Of a DNA stretch of 64,000 nt, positions 20,306 through 30,261 are shown in pieces. The position numbers were made by a program, and so were the translations under genes. The DNA lies in assembly GCA_963815455.1 (NCBI GenBank), contig CAWFGO010000005.1, positions 96,001 to 160,000 of the forward strand, written 5' to 3'. The notes beneath the pieces are model-generated. The model saw nothing but the letters and a program-made list of their open reading frames with translations. It did no database searches and was not told the origin of the DNA. The DNA is from an uncultured Verrucomicrobiae bacterium. GTDB taxonomy: Bacteria; Verrucomicrobiota; Verrucomicrobiia; Chthoniobacterales; UBA10450. The first letter of the stretch is position 1. Each line of letters starts with the position of its first letter.

Positions 20306-22801
20306 TTAATCATCGCGCCATGTTTTCGGTCTGGCTGCCGCGGCGGCGGGAAGGGTAAAGAAAATTGTGGACACCAAACTCCAGAAAATACCAATGGCGC
20401 AGGCGGCGCCGAGTCCGCTGAGCGACGGATTTTTCGCCAGCACCAACGAACCGAATCCGGCGACGGCGGTCAATCCGGCGAGCAAAACCGGTTTCACCAC
20501 GCCCGCCACATCGTGCTCGATCTGGTGCGCTTTTTGCCAGGCAAACAAAACATAGATGCCGTAATCGACCCCGATCGCAATCACCAGTCGAAACGCGAGA
20601 ACATTCAATAAATTCAGCGGCAGATTGAAGAGCTTCATGGTGGCAAGCATCGCACCGACGCCGAATACGAGAGTCAGTTCCTGGATCACCCAGAGCCGCC
20701 AATCGCGATACAATATGGCCAGAAGTAATCCTTCGAAGATCGCCATCGCGCCGGTAATGATGAGCAACTGGCGTTGGGCCCATAGCAGCAGATTCGCCAG
20801 GGTAAAACTCCATCCCGAGAGGACCATCGGCACGCCCGCCACCGGCAATTCCTGGCTGAGGGCAAGATACTGCGAATGTTTTCGAATCCGATCGTTGCTG
20901 GTGGCAAAGCCGACCGTGAGCAGCGGATCATGCGCGAAGTAGCGATCGATCAAAAACCACCAGCTCGACGATTTCGAAAGTTTTTCCCGCCAGTTTGGCA
21001 CTGGAGTGTTCGCCCCGGCCGCCGATTGCAGATTATCAAGCAGTTGGAAAGCACTGGCGAAAGAATCGCGGCTGAATCCTTCCGCATCGAGCGTTTCCTT
21101 CAGCGTTTGACGCGCGGCGTCAAAATCGATCGCGCGCAGGCGCACTTGATTTTGCTGGATCGACAGCGGCGAACGCACCAGAGCGAGAGGGGTGGAGAAG
21201 TTTTTGATTTTCCCCGCGGCTTCCAGCTCGTGCCAATGCGCGGCGATCTTTTTCCAATCGTCGTGCAGCTGTTGCTCATTCGCCGCGTGAACGATGGCCA
21301 GGACCGGTTCCCAGCGCGCCGGCATTTTGCTCATGATCGCGGCCAGCGCTTGAGCCGCCCGGCTCTTTTTCGGTTCGAGCGAGCGCGTGCTCGAATCGAA
21401 CGGCAGCGGCGGTCGCGGCGAAAAACCGAACACGCTCAAGATCGACAGCGTGACCGCTGCGAAGATCAATATCGGAATCGGACGCCGCACACTCCAGCCG
21501 ACATATTTCTTTACCGCCTCGAAAATCCAATCGTGCCGGGGCGGGGCCGGCCCCTCGCGCACGAACAGGAACAATATCGTGCACATGAAAAAACCGGCGA
21601 ATAAGATCCCGATGGCAATCAGAACGCCGAGTTGAGAAAAGCCGATCGATCCGCTCAATATCAAAGCGAGAAAACCGACGGCGGTGGTTAACGCGCCGAA
21701 GAACACGGCTCGCCCCAATTTCTCCACGGCCGTGGAAATTGCTTGCCCGTGTGTTTCGCCATCGGTGCGCGCCTGTTGATATCGGCCAAAGATCAGGATC
21801 GCAAAATCGACGCCGAGCCCGACCAGAATTGCGCAAAATCCCACTGTCACCATGTTTAGTCGCCCGAAAATGAGCAGACCGAGAGCAAGAGCGACGAGAC
21901 ATGAGAGCAGCAGCGAGAAGCCCATGCCCAGCAGCGGCATCCAGCGGCTAAAACCGGCAAAGAAGATGACGCCGACCAGCACCACGGAGCCCAACAAAGT
22001 CACGACAATATCGTGGCGCATGCTCAGAGAGATTTCGGACACGTAAGCGGCGCGACCGGTGACGAACACTTCGAGCGGTTCGCCATCCCAGCCTTCGATC
22101 GCGTGAGCCCGGAACGCATCGACCTCGCGCATCACACGCTGGCATTCAAATGCGTTGAGCGACGGTTGATTGGTGACAACCACAAAAATCCGCATAGTGC
22201 GGTCGGGCGAGGCCAGAGGTTGTTCTTCGTCGACCGGGTTGCTTTCGGCAAAGGGCTTGAGGGCTGGTCCGATTAATCCGAGCGGATCGAACTCGAGCTC
22301 AAACTGCGGTCGCGGAGAGCCGGCTTCGATTTGCTGATGAAGCCGGTGCAAACGCTGGCGCATTTTTTCCGGCTGCAGGATCGACATCGCGTCGTCGAAG
22401 GCGGCTGGATCGAGATTCAAAAGCAGTGGAACTGCGATCGACTGCAAATCGCGAACGCCCTCGGGCGTTTCCATCGGAGATCCGGTCAGGACGCGTTCGC
22501 ACCACGGTTGTTTCCGGAGGTGATCGGCAAAAATCGACGCGAACTCCTCCAGCTTATCCACGTCTTCAGGCTGAGATTGCAGCGCGAAAGTGAGCTGGCG
22601 CGTTTGTTCGAAAGCCCGGTCGTATGTCTTCAGTCCAGTCACGGAGCTGAACTGCCCGGGCAACATGTTAAGCACCTCGCTGTCGAGGGAGATTCGCGAA
22701 ACGAAAATGATTACGCACACCGTCGCCAGGATAATCACGCCGAGCCACACCGTGGCGCGGCGCTGAGTCACAGCGCGGGCGATAAAATCACTGATTCGCA
22801 T
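20306..22801 (-). CDS. MMPL/RND-family exporter
   Basis: Two TM bundles with GLGVDFAI and AIGVDYGI; ALTTAVGF and AGLTAVAGFGSL. Confidence 0.9.
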   Translation of the reverse strand: MRISDFIARAVTQRRATVWLGVIILATVCVIIFVSRISLDSEVLNMLPGQFSSVTGLKTYDRAFEQTRQLTFALQSQPEDVDKLEEFASIFADHLRKQPWCERVLTGSPMETPEGVRDLQSIAVPLLLNLDPAAFDDAMSILQPEKMRQRLHRLHQQIEAGSPRPQFELEFDPLGLIGPALKPFAESNPVDEEQPLASPDRTMRIFVVVTNQPSLNAFECQRVMREVDAFRAHAIEGWDGEPLEVFVTGRAAYVSEISLSMRHDIVVTLLGSVVLVGVIFFAGFSRWMPLLGMGFSLLLSCLVALALGLLIFGRLNMVTVGFCAILVGLGVDFAILIFGRYQQARTDGETHGQAISTAVEKLGRAVFFGALTTAVGFLALILSGSIGFSQLGVLIAIGILFAGFFMCTILFLFVREGPAPPRHDWIFEAVKKYVGWSVRRPIPILIFAAVTLSILSVFGFSPRPPLPFDSSTRSLEPKKSRAAQALAAIMSKMPARWEPVLAIVHAANEQQLHDDWKKIAAHWHELEAAGKIKNFSTPLALVRSPLSIQQNQVRLRAIDFDAARQTLKETLDAEGFSRDSFASAFQLLDNLQSAAGANTPVPNWREKLSKSSSWWFLIDRYFAHDPLLTVGFATSNDRIRKHSQYLALSQELPVAGVPMVLSGWSFTLANLLLWAQRQLLIITGAMAIFEGLLLAILYRDWRLWVIQELTLVFGVGAMLATMKLFNLPLNLLNVLAFRLVIAIGVDYGIYVLFAWQKAHQIEHDVAGVVKPVLLAGLTAVAGFGSLVLAKNPSLSGLGAACAIGIFWSLVSTIFFTLPAAAAARPKTWRDD

Positions 22802-22854
22802 AAGGGAACCACGAATGAACACGAAGATGCGAATGATGACGAGTTCTTAGCACG

Positions 22855-22947
22855 GTCATCCTGAGCGAAGCGCAGCGAAGTCGAAGGATCCCGTGACGCC
22901 AGCTTAAAGCTATGCAACGGGATTCCTCGGCTTTCGCTCGGAATGAC
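22855..22947. repeat. Palindromic GTCAT...ATGAC miniature element
   Basis: GTCATCCTGAGCGAAGC...GAAGGATCCCG...CGGGATTCCTCG...TTCGCTCGGAATGAC terminal complementarity. Confidence 0.8.
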
Positions 22948-22953
22948 GAAGAG

Positions 22954-23376
22954 TCAAAAGCGAAGAAGAAAAGTTTCCGCGCCGGTCGCGTGACGAATTG
23001 TTTGTCGATCCTCGGCGCGAATTATTTTGTCGTGCAGCGTGAGCCAGCCTCGCAACTGCGCCGGCGCACGATCGATCGGGCCGGACCAGCCGGGCCCGGC
23101 CATGGCCCCTCTTACTTCGGCAAACGATGCGTCTTGCCGAGTAGTCAGCAGCGTCAGACCCGGTCCTTTTGAAAAGGTCAGCTCGAAATCGCCGGTCCTG
23201 GAAAAGCGCACCAGAACATCGCCGATGAGCGTGGTTTTGCCGTTGCGATACAGAAGTTGACCACTTCGGATCCGCCAATCGCCAGACGGCGCGGCGAACT
23301 GATGGTGCGACATCGTCGCGCAACCGGCCAAACAGATTGCCATCGAGATCCCGCAGGCTCTTTGCAAGATCGACAT
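22954..23376 (-). CDS. Hypothetical lipoprotein
   Basis: LAGC lipobox (MAICLAGCAT); starts 5 nt after the stop of the upstream oxidoreductase. Confidence 0.75.
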   Translation of the reverse strand: MSILQRACGISMAICLAGCATMSHHQFAAPSGDWRIRSGQLLYRNGKTTLIGDVLVRFSRTGDFELTFSKGPGLTLLTTRQDASFAEVRGAMAGPGWSGPIDRAPAQLRGWLTLHDKIIRAEDRQTIRHATGAETFLLRF

Positions 23377-23381
23377 CGTGA

Positions 23382-24677
23382 TTAGGAATTCGCGCCCACA
23401 GGTTCTGGAGCGAGTTCGGCGTCCAATTGCGGCATCAGTGTCAGGCGCGGCGCGATCGGATAACGCCGTTGCAGCCAGACCAGGAAATAAAAGACCGACA
23501 TCCGCCATTTGATCCCGAAGTCGGTGCCATTGTTTCCACCGAGCACGGCGTTGACCGCTCCCGGCAAATTCCACAGCGGTCGCGGCGCGGAAAACACTTC
23601 GATGAACTCCTTTGTGTACCAGGCATTGACGAAGCGCAGATAAACGTCCATGGCGCGGTTCACCTGTTTTTCGTAGTGAAAAAACAACCGCGCTGCCTTG
23701 CTTGGCCGATCGAGCACTTCGTGCAGCGCATCGGCCGCCAGCTCACCGCTGAACACCGCCAGGAAAACGCCGCTGCTAAAAATTGGATCGATAAAACCGG
23801 CAGCATCGCCCGCCAGCAGCCAGCGGTCGCCATACAATGTTGTGCCGCGGTAAGAAAAATCCGCCGCGACGTGAACGTCGGAAACGCGCTGCGCGTCATG
23901 CATTCGCTTCATGATCACCGGCTGCTCCGCGATGGCCCGGTCGAGAAAGTCTTTCGGCATCAGTTTGGAATTGCGAAAGGTTTCTCCATCCAGGACGACA
24001 CCGATGCTGGTGCGCTCGGGCGTAAGAGGAATAATCCAAAACCAGCGGTCGATTCCGCGGACAAGCGTGGTCAGCGTGCCGTCAATCCCTTCCTCGCGCC
24101 AAACGCCGGCGTAATGCGCGAAGATCGACAACTTCTTCAAGTGTTCGTAGGTCTTTTTGATGTTGAATTGATTGCCGAGCACGGAATTGCGACCGCTGGC
24201 GTCGATCACGTAGCGGGCCCGAACATTGGTTCCGTTTGTCGTCGCAAGATGGACATGTTCGTTTGCGAATTCGATTTTGGTCACTTCGGTTTGCTCCCGC
24301 ACTTCGGCGCCATTTTCAGCGGCATGATCGAGCAGCAGTTTATCGAAATCCGATCGCGTGACCTGATAGGAGTGATCGGTCTTCGAGCGATAGGCGTCCT
24401 TGAAATAAAACTTTATCCCTTTGTCGCCGCAGGCGCTGAAAAATTCGCCGCCGTATTTCTTTAGAAAACCGGCGCGTTCAAACTTTGGAAGCAGATCCAT
24501 CCGGGCGAACGCTTTCATGCTAAAAGGCAAAAGCGATTCGCCGATGTGAAACCGCGGGAATTTCTCGCGCTCGAAAACGATTACCCGCCGGCCCGCGCGT
24601 GCGAGCAGGGTCGCGGCTGTGCTTCCAGCCGGTCCACCGCCGATAATGGCGACGTCGTACATGTCGATCTTGTTCAC
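23382..24677 (-). CDS. Flavin-dependent halogenase-like oxidoreductase
   Basis: GGGPAG, FPRFHIGES, WFWIIP (WxWxIP), GDAAGFIDPIFSSGV. Confidence 0.88.
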   Translation of the reverse strand: MNKIDMYDVAIIGGGPAGSTAATLLARAGRRVIVFEREKFPRFHIGESLLPFSMKAFARMDLLPKFERAGFLKKYGGEFFSACGDKGIKFYFKDAYRSKTDHSYQVTRSDFDKLLLDHAAENGAEVREQTEVTKIEFANEHVHLATTNGTNVRARYVIDASGRNSVLGNQFNIKKTYEHLKKLSIFAHYAGVWREEGIDGTLTTLVRGIDRWFWIIPLTPERTSIGVVLDGETFRNSKLMPKDFLDRAIAEQPVIMKRMHDAQRVSDVHVAADFSYRGTTLYGDRWLLAGDAAGFIDPIFSSGVFLAVFSGELAADALHEVLDRPSKAARLFFHYEKQVNRAMDVYLRFVNAWYTKEFIEVFSAPRPLWNLPGAVNAVLGGNNGTDFGIKWRMSVFYFLVWLQRRYPIAPRLTLMPQLDAELAPEPVGANS

Positions 24678-24729
24678 GCGACGATCATGTTAGCAACGTA
24701 AGGCGACTTTCCAACCCACGAATCGCGTC

Positions 24730-25452
24730 CTAGAAAGTGGCGGAACGAGGGAGATTCCACTTATCGCGGAGATTTTCGTAAGCCGGCCGGGGCAATTGAA
24801 CGAGCACCGGATGTTTGGCCGGATCGAGCCAGCGGATGATTATCCTCAGGTTTTCCTCCGCCATGGCTGTGCAACCGGAGGTTGAAGTAGCGCGGTTTTG
24901 CCAAATGTGGAGAAAAATGCAGGAACCGGCGCCGGGCTTGGGCGGGATGTTGTGCTCGACGAAGACTCCACATTTATAAACGTCGACGCCGAACATCTTT
25001 TCCGCGTGCTTCCAATCGCGTCGGCGGATTTCGGATCCATCGACCAGGCGATTGTAATAGCGCGAGTGCGGATCATCGACGGCCACAACATTCTCGGTTA
25101 TCGCCACGAACGGCATTTTGGTTTCGCGTTTAAGACCGAAAACGCTTCCTAGTTTGAAAACGCCGGCCGGCGCCTTGTAATCGCCTTCTTTCTTGACCGG
25201 ACCGGAAAGACCAGACGTTTCGATGAGGCCACGTCCCCAGGCCAGGCCCGCCCGGCCGACCACAACTGAAATTGTCGATCCTGTTGGCCGCCAGGAGGAC
25301 GTCGCATTCCGTTCGAACATCGACATCGTGCCGGAAGCTGATTCCCATGAGTCGGTTGTCACAATCAGGCATTGGCGCGATCTTTCCAGCGGAGCCGCTG
25401 CGGCGATCACAGCGCATACAGTCATCGCGAAAACAATTGCAAGGGAGCGCAT
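24730..25452 (-). CDS. Exported L,D-transpeptidase-like protein
   Basis: Signal peptide, KKEGD.KAPAGVF, GSCIFLHIW...TSGC. Confidence 0.85.
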   Translation of the reverse strand: MRSLAIVFAMTVCAVIAAAAPLERSRQCLIVTTDSWESASGTMSMFERNATSSWRPTGSTISVVVGRAGLAWGRGLIETSGLSGPVKKEGDYKAPAGVFKLGSVFGLKRETKMPFVAITENVVAVDDPHSRYYNRLVDGSEIRRRDWKHAEKMFGVDVYKCGVFVEHNIPPKPGAGSCIFLHIWQNRATSTSGCTAMAEENLRIIIRWLDPAKHPVLVQLPRPAYENLRDKWNLPRSATF

Positions 25453-25536
25453 GATTTAGATGAACCACAGATTCGTGAATACTGAACTCTTTTTTATCTG
25501 TGTTAACCTGTACTCGTCCGTGGCCGGGATTAATAA

Positions 25537-26643
25537 ATGAAATTGATCGACCGATTTGTTGGACGCGAGCTGATCGCGAACGTGCTGTTCGCGATTGCTG
25601 TGCTTAGTCTGGTCCTGGTGGTGGGCAATATTTTTCGCAAACTGCTGCCCCTGCTCGTGAACCATGACGTGCCGGTGGAATACCTGGTCAGTTTCATTGC
25701 CTATATCCTGCCGTTCTCGCTCATTTTTACGATCCCGTGGGGTTTGCTCACCGCGATCCTGCTCGTGTTCGGCCGGCTCTCGGCCGACAACGAATTGATC
25801 GCGCTTCGCGCGAACGGAGTAAGCATTACTCGCATTTGTCTTCCGTTGGGAGCGATCGCGCTGGTCTGCACGGCGATCTGTTTCTGGCTCAACGTTCAAG
25901 CCGCGCCGGCGGCGCAGGAAAAATTGCGTAGCACGATCTACGACATGGCCACGCGCAACCCGATGGCTCTGTTCGGCAGCGACCAGGTTATTGATCAGTT
26001 TCCTGGGCGAAAAATTTACGTGGGCAAAAAAAACGGGAACGAGCTCGAAAACATCATCGTGTTCGAAACCAACCAAGATTCGCTGCCGATCAAGGTGACG
26101 TTTGCGCGCACGGGCCGGCTCGAAGCCGATCTCGAGAACAAACGGATCCTCATGCATCTTTACCATGCCCGCTATCAACAGCGTGATGAGCAGGCGCCGT
26201 CCGATTTGCGCAAGATTCGCGATGGAATCAGCATGACCGAGGGGACATTGCCAATCAGTCTCGAGGATCTTTATGAAAAACAGAAGAAACGCCCCAGCCG
26301 CTCCGCCTTGTCGATCGAACAATTGCTCGATCAATTGAAAAGCGGAAACAAACGCGAGCGCAGCTCGAGCCGGACCGAGATTAACAAGCGTTTCTCGTTT
26401 CCGTTCGCCTGTCTGGCCTTTGCTGTGATCGGGGTGCCGCTGGGCGTGACGGCGCATCGCCGAGAAACCTCGATCGGGTTCGCCATGGGATTGATCGTCG
26501 CGATTTCCTATTTTCTCTTTGTCATACTCGGCGACACCCTGCGCGGAAATCCGAAGGTGCATCCGGAGTTGCTGGTCTGGTTCCCCAACGTGCTTTTTCT
26601 TGTTCTGGGCGCGCTGTTGTTCCGGCGCCTGGCGAAACAATAA
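25537..26643 (+). CDS. LptF/LptG family LPS export permease
   Basis: IDRFVGRE, FGRLSADNELIALRANGVS, EINKRFSFPFACL, WFPN. Confidence 0.92.
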   Translation: MKLIDRFVGRELIANVLFAIAVLSLVLVVGNIFRKLLPLLVNHDVPVEYLVSFIAYILPFSLIFTIPWGLLTAILLVFGRLSADNELIALRANGVSITRICLPLGAIALVCTAICFWLNVQAAPAAQEKLRSTIYDMATRNPMALFGSDQVIDQFPGRKIYVGKKNGNELENIIVFETNQDSLPIKVTFARTGRLEADLENKRILMHLYHARYQQRDEQAPSDLRKIRDGISMTEGTLPISLEDLYEKQKKRPSRSALSIEQLLDQLKSGNKRERSSSRTEINKRFSFPFACLAFAVIGVPLGVTAHRRETSIGFAMGLIVAISYFLFVILGDTLRGNPKVHPELLVWFPNVLFLVLGALLFRRLAKQ

Positions 26644-26645
26644 CC

Positions 26646-26736
26646 TTTTTCAGATAGGGACATCTTTCCAAGATGTCCGACGAAACTCGCTGCAGGCGAA
26701 AAAATTACGGACGCCCCGTAGGTGCGTCGCTACCTG
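26646..26736. repeat. REP doublet at the 3' end of the second RAYT
   Basis: 48-bp unit 26646-26693 matches 27301-27348 at 47/48; 31-bp unit 26706-26736 matches 27237-27267 at 28/31. Confidence 0.88.
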
Positions 26737-27188
26737 AGTTGAAGTTGGTACGGCCAATCCTCGATTCTCTCCACGAGACCCGCTCGCATCGGATTCTGCA
26801 GGATGTAGGCGGCCTTTTCATCGAAACTTTCGTCGCTACGCAGTCGATGATCGAAGAAATCGCGTCGCCAGCGAATGCCGGCGTGCGTTGTCGTATAGCG
26901 CTTCCAACTTGTGACAGTCTTTTTCATGCCGGCATCGGGTCCGAATCGGGCCAGCATATGCAAATGATCCGGCGTTAAGAGGAGAATCGGCACGCCCCAA
27001 TCATGTCGATCATGATAGAAGCGGGCAGCAGCGAAGACTGCTTTGGCCATCTCGGGATGACAAAGATGATTTTCGCCCTTCGGCTGGCAGCAGATGGTGA
27101 TGAAGAAAATCGCATCGGCTGTGCCGATGAAATGGGGCGGGTCGTGAGGCAACGCCCGGCGGCCGACCGGATCGTGGGGCGAACGCAT
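26730..27188 (-). mobile_element. REP-associated tyrosine transposase (RAYT), apparently intact
   Basis: IFFITICC, TPDHLH (HUH), WRRDFFDHRLRS, YILQNP.RAGLV..DWPY. Confidence 0.9.
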
Positions 27189-27236
27189 ATCCTTGGAATC
27201 CTGTAGCGAAGTGCGGCTGAGTCCCAGCGGAAATTC

Positions 27237-27348
27237 TACGGACGCCCCGGAGGGGCGTCCCTACCTGGAGCGGCAACGTTGCGCGAAGGCTGGTAGCCGA
27301 TTTTTCAGGTAGGGACATCTTTCCAAGATGTCCGACGAAACTCGCTGC
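27237..27348. repeat. REP units at the 5' end of the second RAYT
   Basis: GGACGCCCCGGAGGGGCGTCCCTACC and GGTAGGGACATCTTTCCAAGATGTCC hairpins with GTAG feet. Confidence 0.88.
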
Positions 27349-27409
27349 GCAGTGTCGATTGGTTCTGGCGAATGGATGTCCCCGGAGGCGGGGTGCGGAC
27401 CCACCTGTC

Positions 27410-28231
27410 CTATCCGTTTCTCTTCGAGGCCAGGCGAAGATAATCTTCCTCGAGCGCTCGCAAGCGTTGCAGAATCTCATTGAGCGCGAGCTCATTTTTC
27501 AGGTTTACCTGATAATCGATCTCGGCCCGCAGGCGGTCCTTGTGACTTTGCCGGTTTTGCGACATCAAAATGATTGGGGCCTGCAACGCAGCGACCATGT
27601 TAAGAGCCGTGCTCAACAACAGAAATGGGTAGGCATCGAAACCCTTGTTCGCCAGGATCCAGATGTTTAGCACGATCCAGAGGTTGAAAAAGAGCACGGC
27701 CGACAGAATGAATTTCCAACTTCCGCCAAATTCCGCGAGCACATCGGCCGCCCGGTCGGCCACGGTGAGGCTCGCGGCCTCTTCTTCGTTCACATTGCGC
27801 GTAGCTCGATGACGCAAGAGTTCGTCGGTGCGCCGGAGACGATTGGCGATGGCGGTAAGCATCTCCAGAGCGAATTTCGGGTTCCGCCCGACGAAGGAGA
27901 GCAGGTGATCGCGCGACAGCACGGCTAGGCGCGATTCTTCCATGGTCGTCGCGTTGGCCGAACGCGATTCTCCATTGAGCAAGGCCATCTCGCCGAAAAA
28001 TTCGCCCCGGCCCAGCTCGGCCAGAGTCAGCTCGTGCCCGTCCCGGGCCTGGACGCTGATGCGGACCTTGCCGCGCTCGATCACGTACATGGCGTCGCCG
28101 GCATCGCCGGCCCGGAACACCTCCATGTGTGGACCGCATTCGCGTTCCTCGAGGAATTCGCACAACTTGGTCGCCGCCTCCGCGTCGAGCGATTCAAACA
28201 ATGGCACCTGGCGCAAGGTCTCGATCGTCAT
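27410..28231 (-). CDS. Cyclic-nucleotide-binding domain plus DUF1003 membrane protein
   Basis: GEFFGEMALL...RSANA; ADVLAEFGGSW, FDAYPFLLL, QAPIILMSQNRQ. Confidence 0.9.
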   Translation of the reverse strand: MTIETLRQVPLFESLDAEAATKLCEFLEERECGPHMEVFRAGDAGDAMYVIERGKVRISVQARDGHELTLAELGRGEFFGEMALLNGESRSANATTMEESRLAVLSRDHLLSFVGRNPKFALEMLTAIANRLRRTDELLRHRATRNVNEEEAASLTVADRAADVLAEFGGSWKFILSAVLFFNLWIVLNIWILANKGFDAYPFLLLSTALNMVAALQAPIILMSQNRQSHKDRLRAEIDYQVNLKNELALNEILQRLRALEEDYLRLASKRNG

Positions 28232-28462
28232 TGGGCAAGGCGGAGGTAAAGGGTTGGGCTGGGCCAGAATGGCATATAAACAAGTAGCCGCGCCACCATT
28301 TCTCTGAGATTAACGTTAATTGCCACGTCCGAGAAGCCTGAATTCTAACCGGTCCGAAGAGCCTGTAGCCGAGGGCGTTGACCTCGGCTGGGGCGATCCA
28401 TGGAACGGCCGCCGAGAACGCAGTTGCAAACCGCCTCTTTGCCGCTAAATTCGGCGTTCCTT

Positions 28463-28732
28463 ATGGCAAAAACCTCCTGGATTAATCGCAACGAGCGCAA
28501 ACGTGCTACGGTGAAAAAATACGCCGCAGTGCGAGCCGAGTTGAAAGCGAAGAAGGATTACGCGGGGCTCGCCCAGCTGCCACGCAATGCCAGCCCTACC
28601 CGTGTGGTGAACCGTTGCGAAGTTAGCGGCCGCCGGCGCGCTTTTATTCGCCGGTTCAAAGTGTCTCGTCTCACGTTTCGCGAGCTGGCGTCGCAAGGGC
28701 TCATCCCTGGCGTAACCAAGTCAAGCTGGTAG
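28463..28732 (+). CDS. rpsN: 30S ribosomal protein S14, 89-aa Zn-independent type
   Basis: [38 protein letters not shown]; only one Cys. Confidence 0.95.
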   Translation: MAKTSWINRNERKRATVKKYAAVRAELKAKKDYAGLAQLPRNASPTRVVNRCEVSGRRRAFIRRFKVSRLTFRELASQGLIPGVTKSSW

Positions 28733-28778
28733 TTTCCTTCGACATCGGGTTTCGGATGCGAGGGCTCGCATCCGGGCA

Positions 28779-30194
28779 ATGAACTTCCCCTCACTTTTGT
28801 TTTTGTCGGTAACGCCAATCGGTGACGTCATCGCGCGCCATTGGGATCCACCGATCCTGATCGCCGGTAAAATGGCGGCCATCGCTGCGCTCGTCCTCAT
28901 GAATGGTTTCTTTGTGATGGCCGAGTTTGCTCTTGTAAAAATCCGTGAGAGTCAGCTCGACGCTTTGGCTGACGAAGGCAACAAGCGGGCCGCGTTTACC
29001 AAACAAGTGAAGGCCAACCTCGACGCCTATCTGTCGGCGTGTCAGCTCGGGATTACTCTGGCCAGCCTCGGGCTGGGCTGGTTGGGTGAGCCGTTCCTCG
29101 CCCGCATCCTTCAACCGGCCTTTGCTCTCCTCGGGGTCGAATCGCCGGCAGTAATCACGCCCATTTCCTTCACGCTGGCGTTTTCCGTGATCACTTTCCT
29201 GCACATCGTTCTTGGCGAACAAGCCCCGAAAATCCTCGCGATCCGCAAGGCCACGTCGGCCGCGCTTTTTGTCAGCGGGCCGCTCCGGCTTTTTTACACG
29301 ATCTTTCAACCGGCGATTTGGTTCCTGAACGCGTCGAGTAACTGGTTCCTGCGCCATCTCTTTCGGGTCAAGCCCGCCGCCGAAGGTGAACTGGCCCATA
29401 GCGAGGACGAATTACGGTTGATCCTCCGCCAGAGCGAGAAATCGCACGACGTTTCCGCGCTGGGCCGGGAACTGGTTTTCAATGTTCTCGATCTGCGCGA
29501 TCGAGTGGCGCGCGACGTCATGACTCCACGCGGCGAAATCGTTTATCTGGACCTGGAGGACGATTTTGAGACCAACATGAAAAAGGCTCTCGAATCCAGG
29601 CACACCCGGTTCCCGCTTTGCCGCGAAAACCTCGATAACACTGTCGGCCTCATTCACATCAAGGAACTGATGCCCATGATGCGCGATCCGCACCCGGACC
29701 TATTGAAGATCAAACGCGAGCTGATCCCGTTGCCGGAGATGATGTCGCTGGAAAAATTGCTCAAGTTATTCCTGAGCAAGCACGCGCATCTGGCCATGGT
29801 GGTGGATGAATTCGGTGGCACCGTAGGCATGGTTACGCTGGAAAACGTGCTCGAAGAGGTGGTGGGCGACATCCAGGACGAGTTCGACGCGGAAAAAGAG
29901 GAATTTCGCAAGATCAACGAGAACGAGTTTGCCGTAGCCGGCTCGCTCGGCCTCTATGAGCTGAACGACGCCACCAGTCTGGAACTGGAGAGCGCCGACG
30001 TCAGCACCGTCGGGGGATACGTGACGCATCTGCTCGGCCATCTTCCCAAACAAGGTGAACAGGTGAAGATCGACAACTACCTCGTCACGGTTTCACAAAC
30101 CGACGGCCGCCGCGTCGGCCAATTGCACTTCAAGAAAATCAGCGAGCAACCCGGCGAAATGTCATTTCCGGCGGAAAAGTCGCAAAAACTTTAG
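28779..30194 (+). CDS. Hemolysin-family CNNM/CBS/CorC transporter
   Basis: [51 protein letters not shown]. Confidence 0.93.
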   Translation: MNFPSLLFLSVTPIGDVIARHWDPPILIAGKMAAIAALVLMNGFFVMAEFALVKIRESQLDALADEGNKRAAFTKQVKANLDAYLSACQLGITLASLGLGWLGEPFLARILQPAFALLGVESPAVITPISFTLAFSVITFLHIVLGEQAPKILAIRKATSAALFVSGPLRLFYTIFQPAIWFLNASSNWFLRHLFRVKPAAEGELAHSEDELRLILRQSEKSHDVSALGRELVFNVLDLRDRVARDVMTPRGEIVYLDLEDDFETNMKKALESRHTRFPLCRENLDNTVGLIHIKELMPMMRDPHPDLLKIKRELIPLPEMMSLEKLLKLFLSKHAHLAMVVDEFGGTVGMVTLENVLEEVVGDIQDEFDAEKEEFRKINENEFAVAGSLGLYELNDATSLELESADVSTVGGYVTHLLGHLPKQGEQVKIDNYLVTVSQTDGRRVGQLHFKKISEQPGEMSFPAEKSQKL

Positions 30195-30261
30195 TCCGAC
30201 AAGGGCCAGGTTTTTGCGCGCTTAAGCCTGAGGCATTTCTAGTTTGGCAATCGCCAATCTG

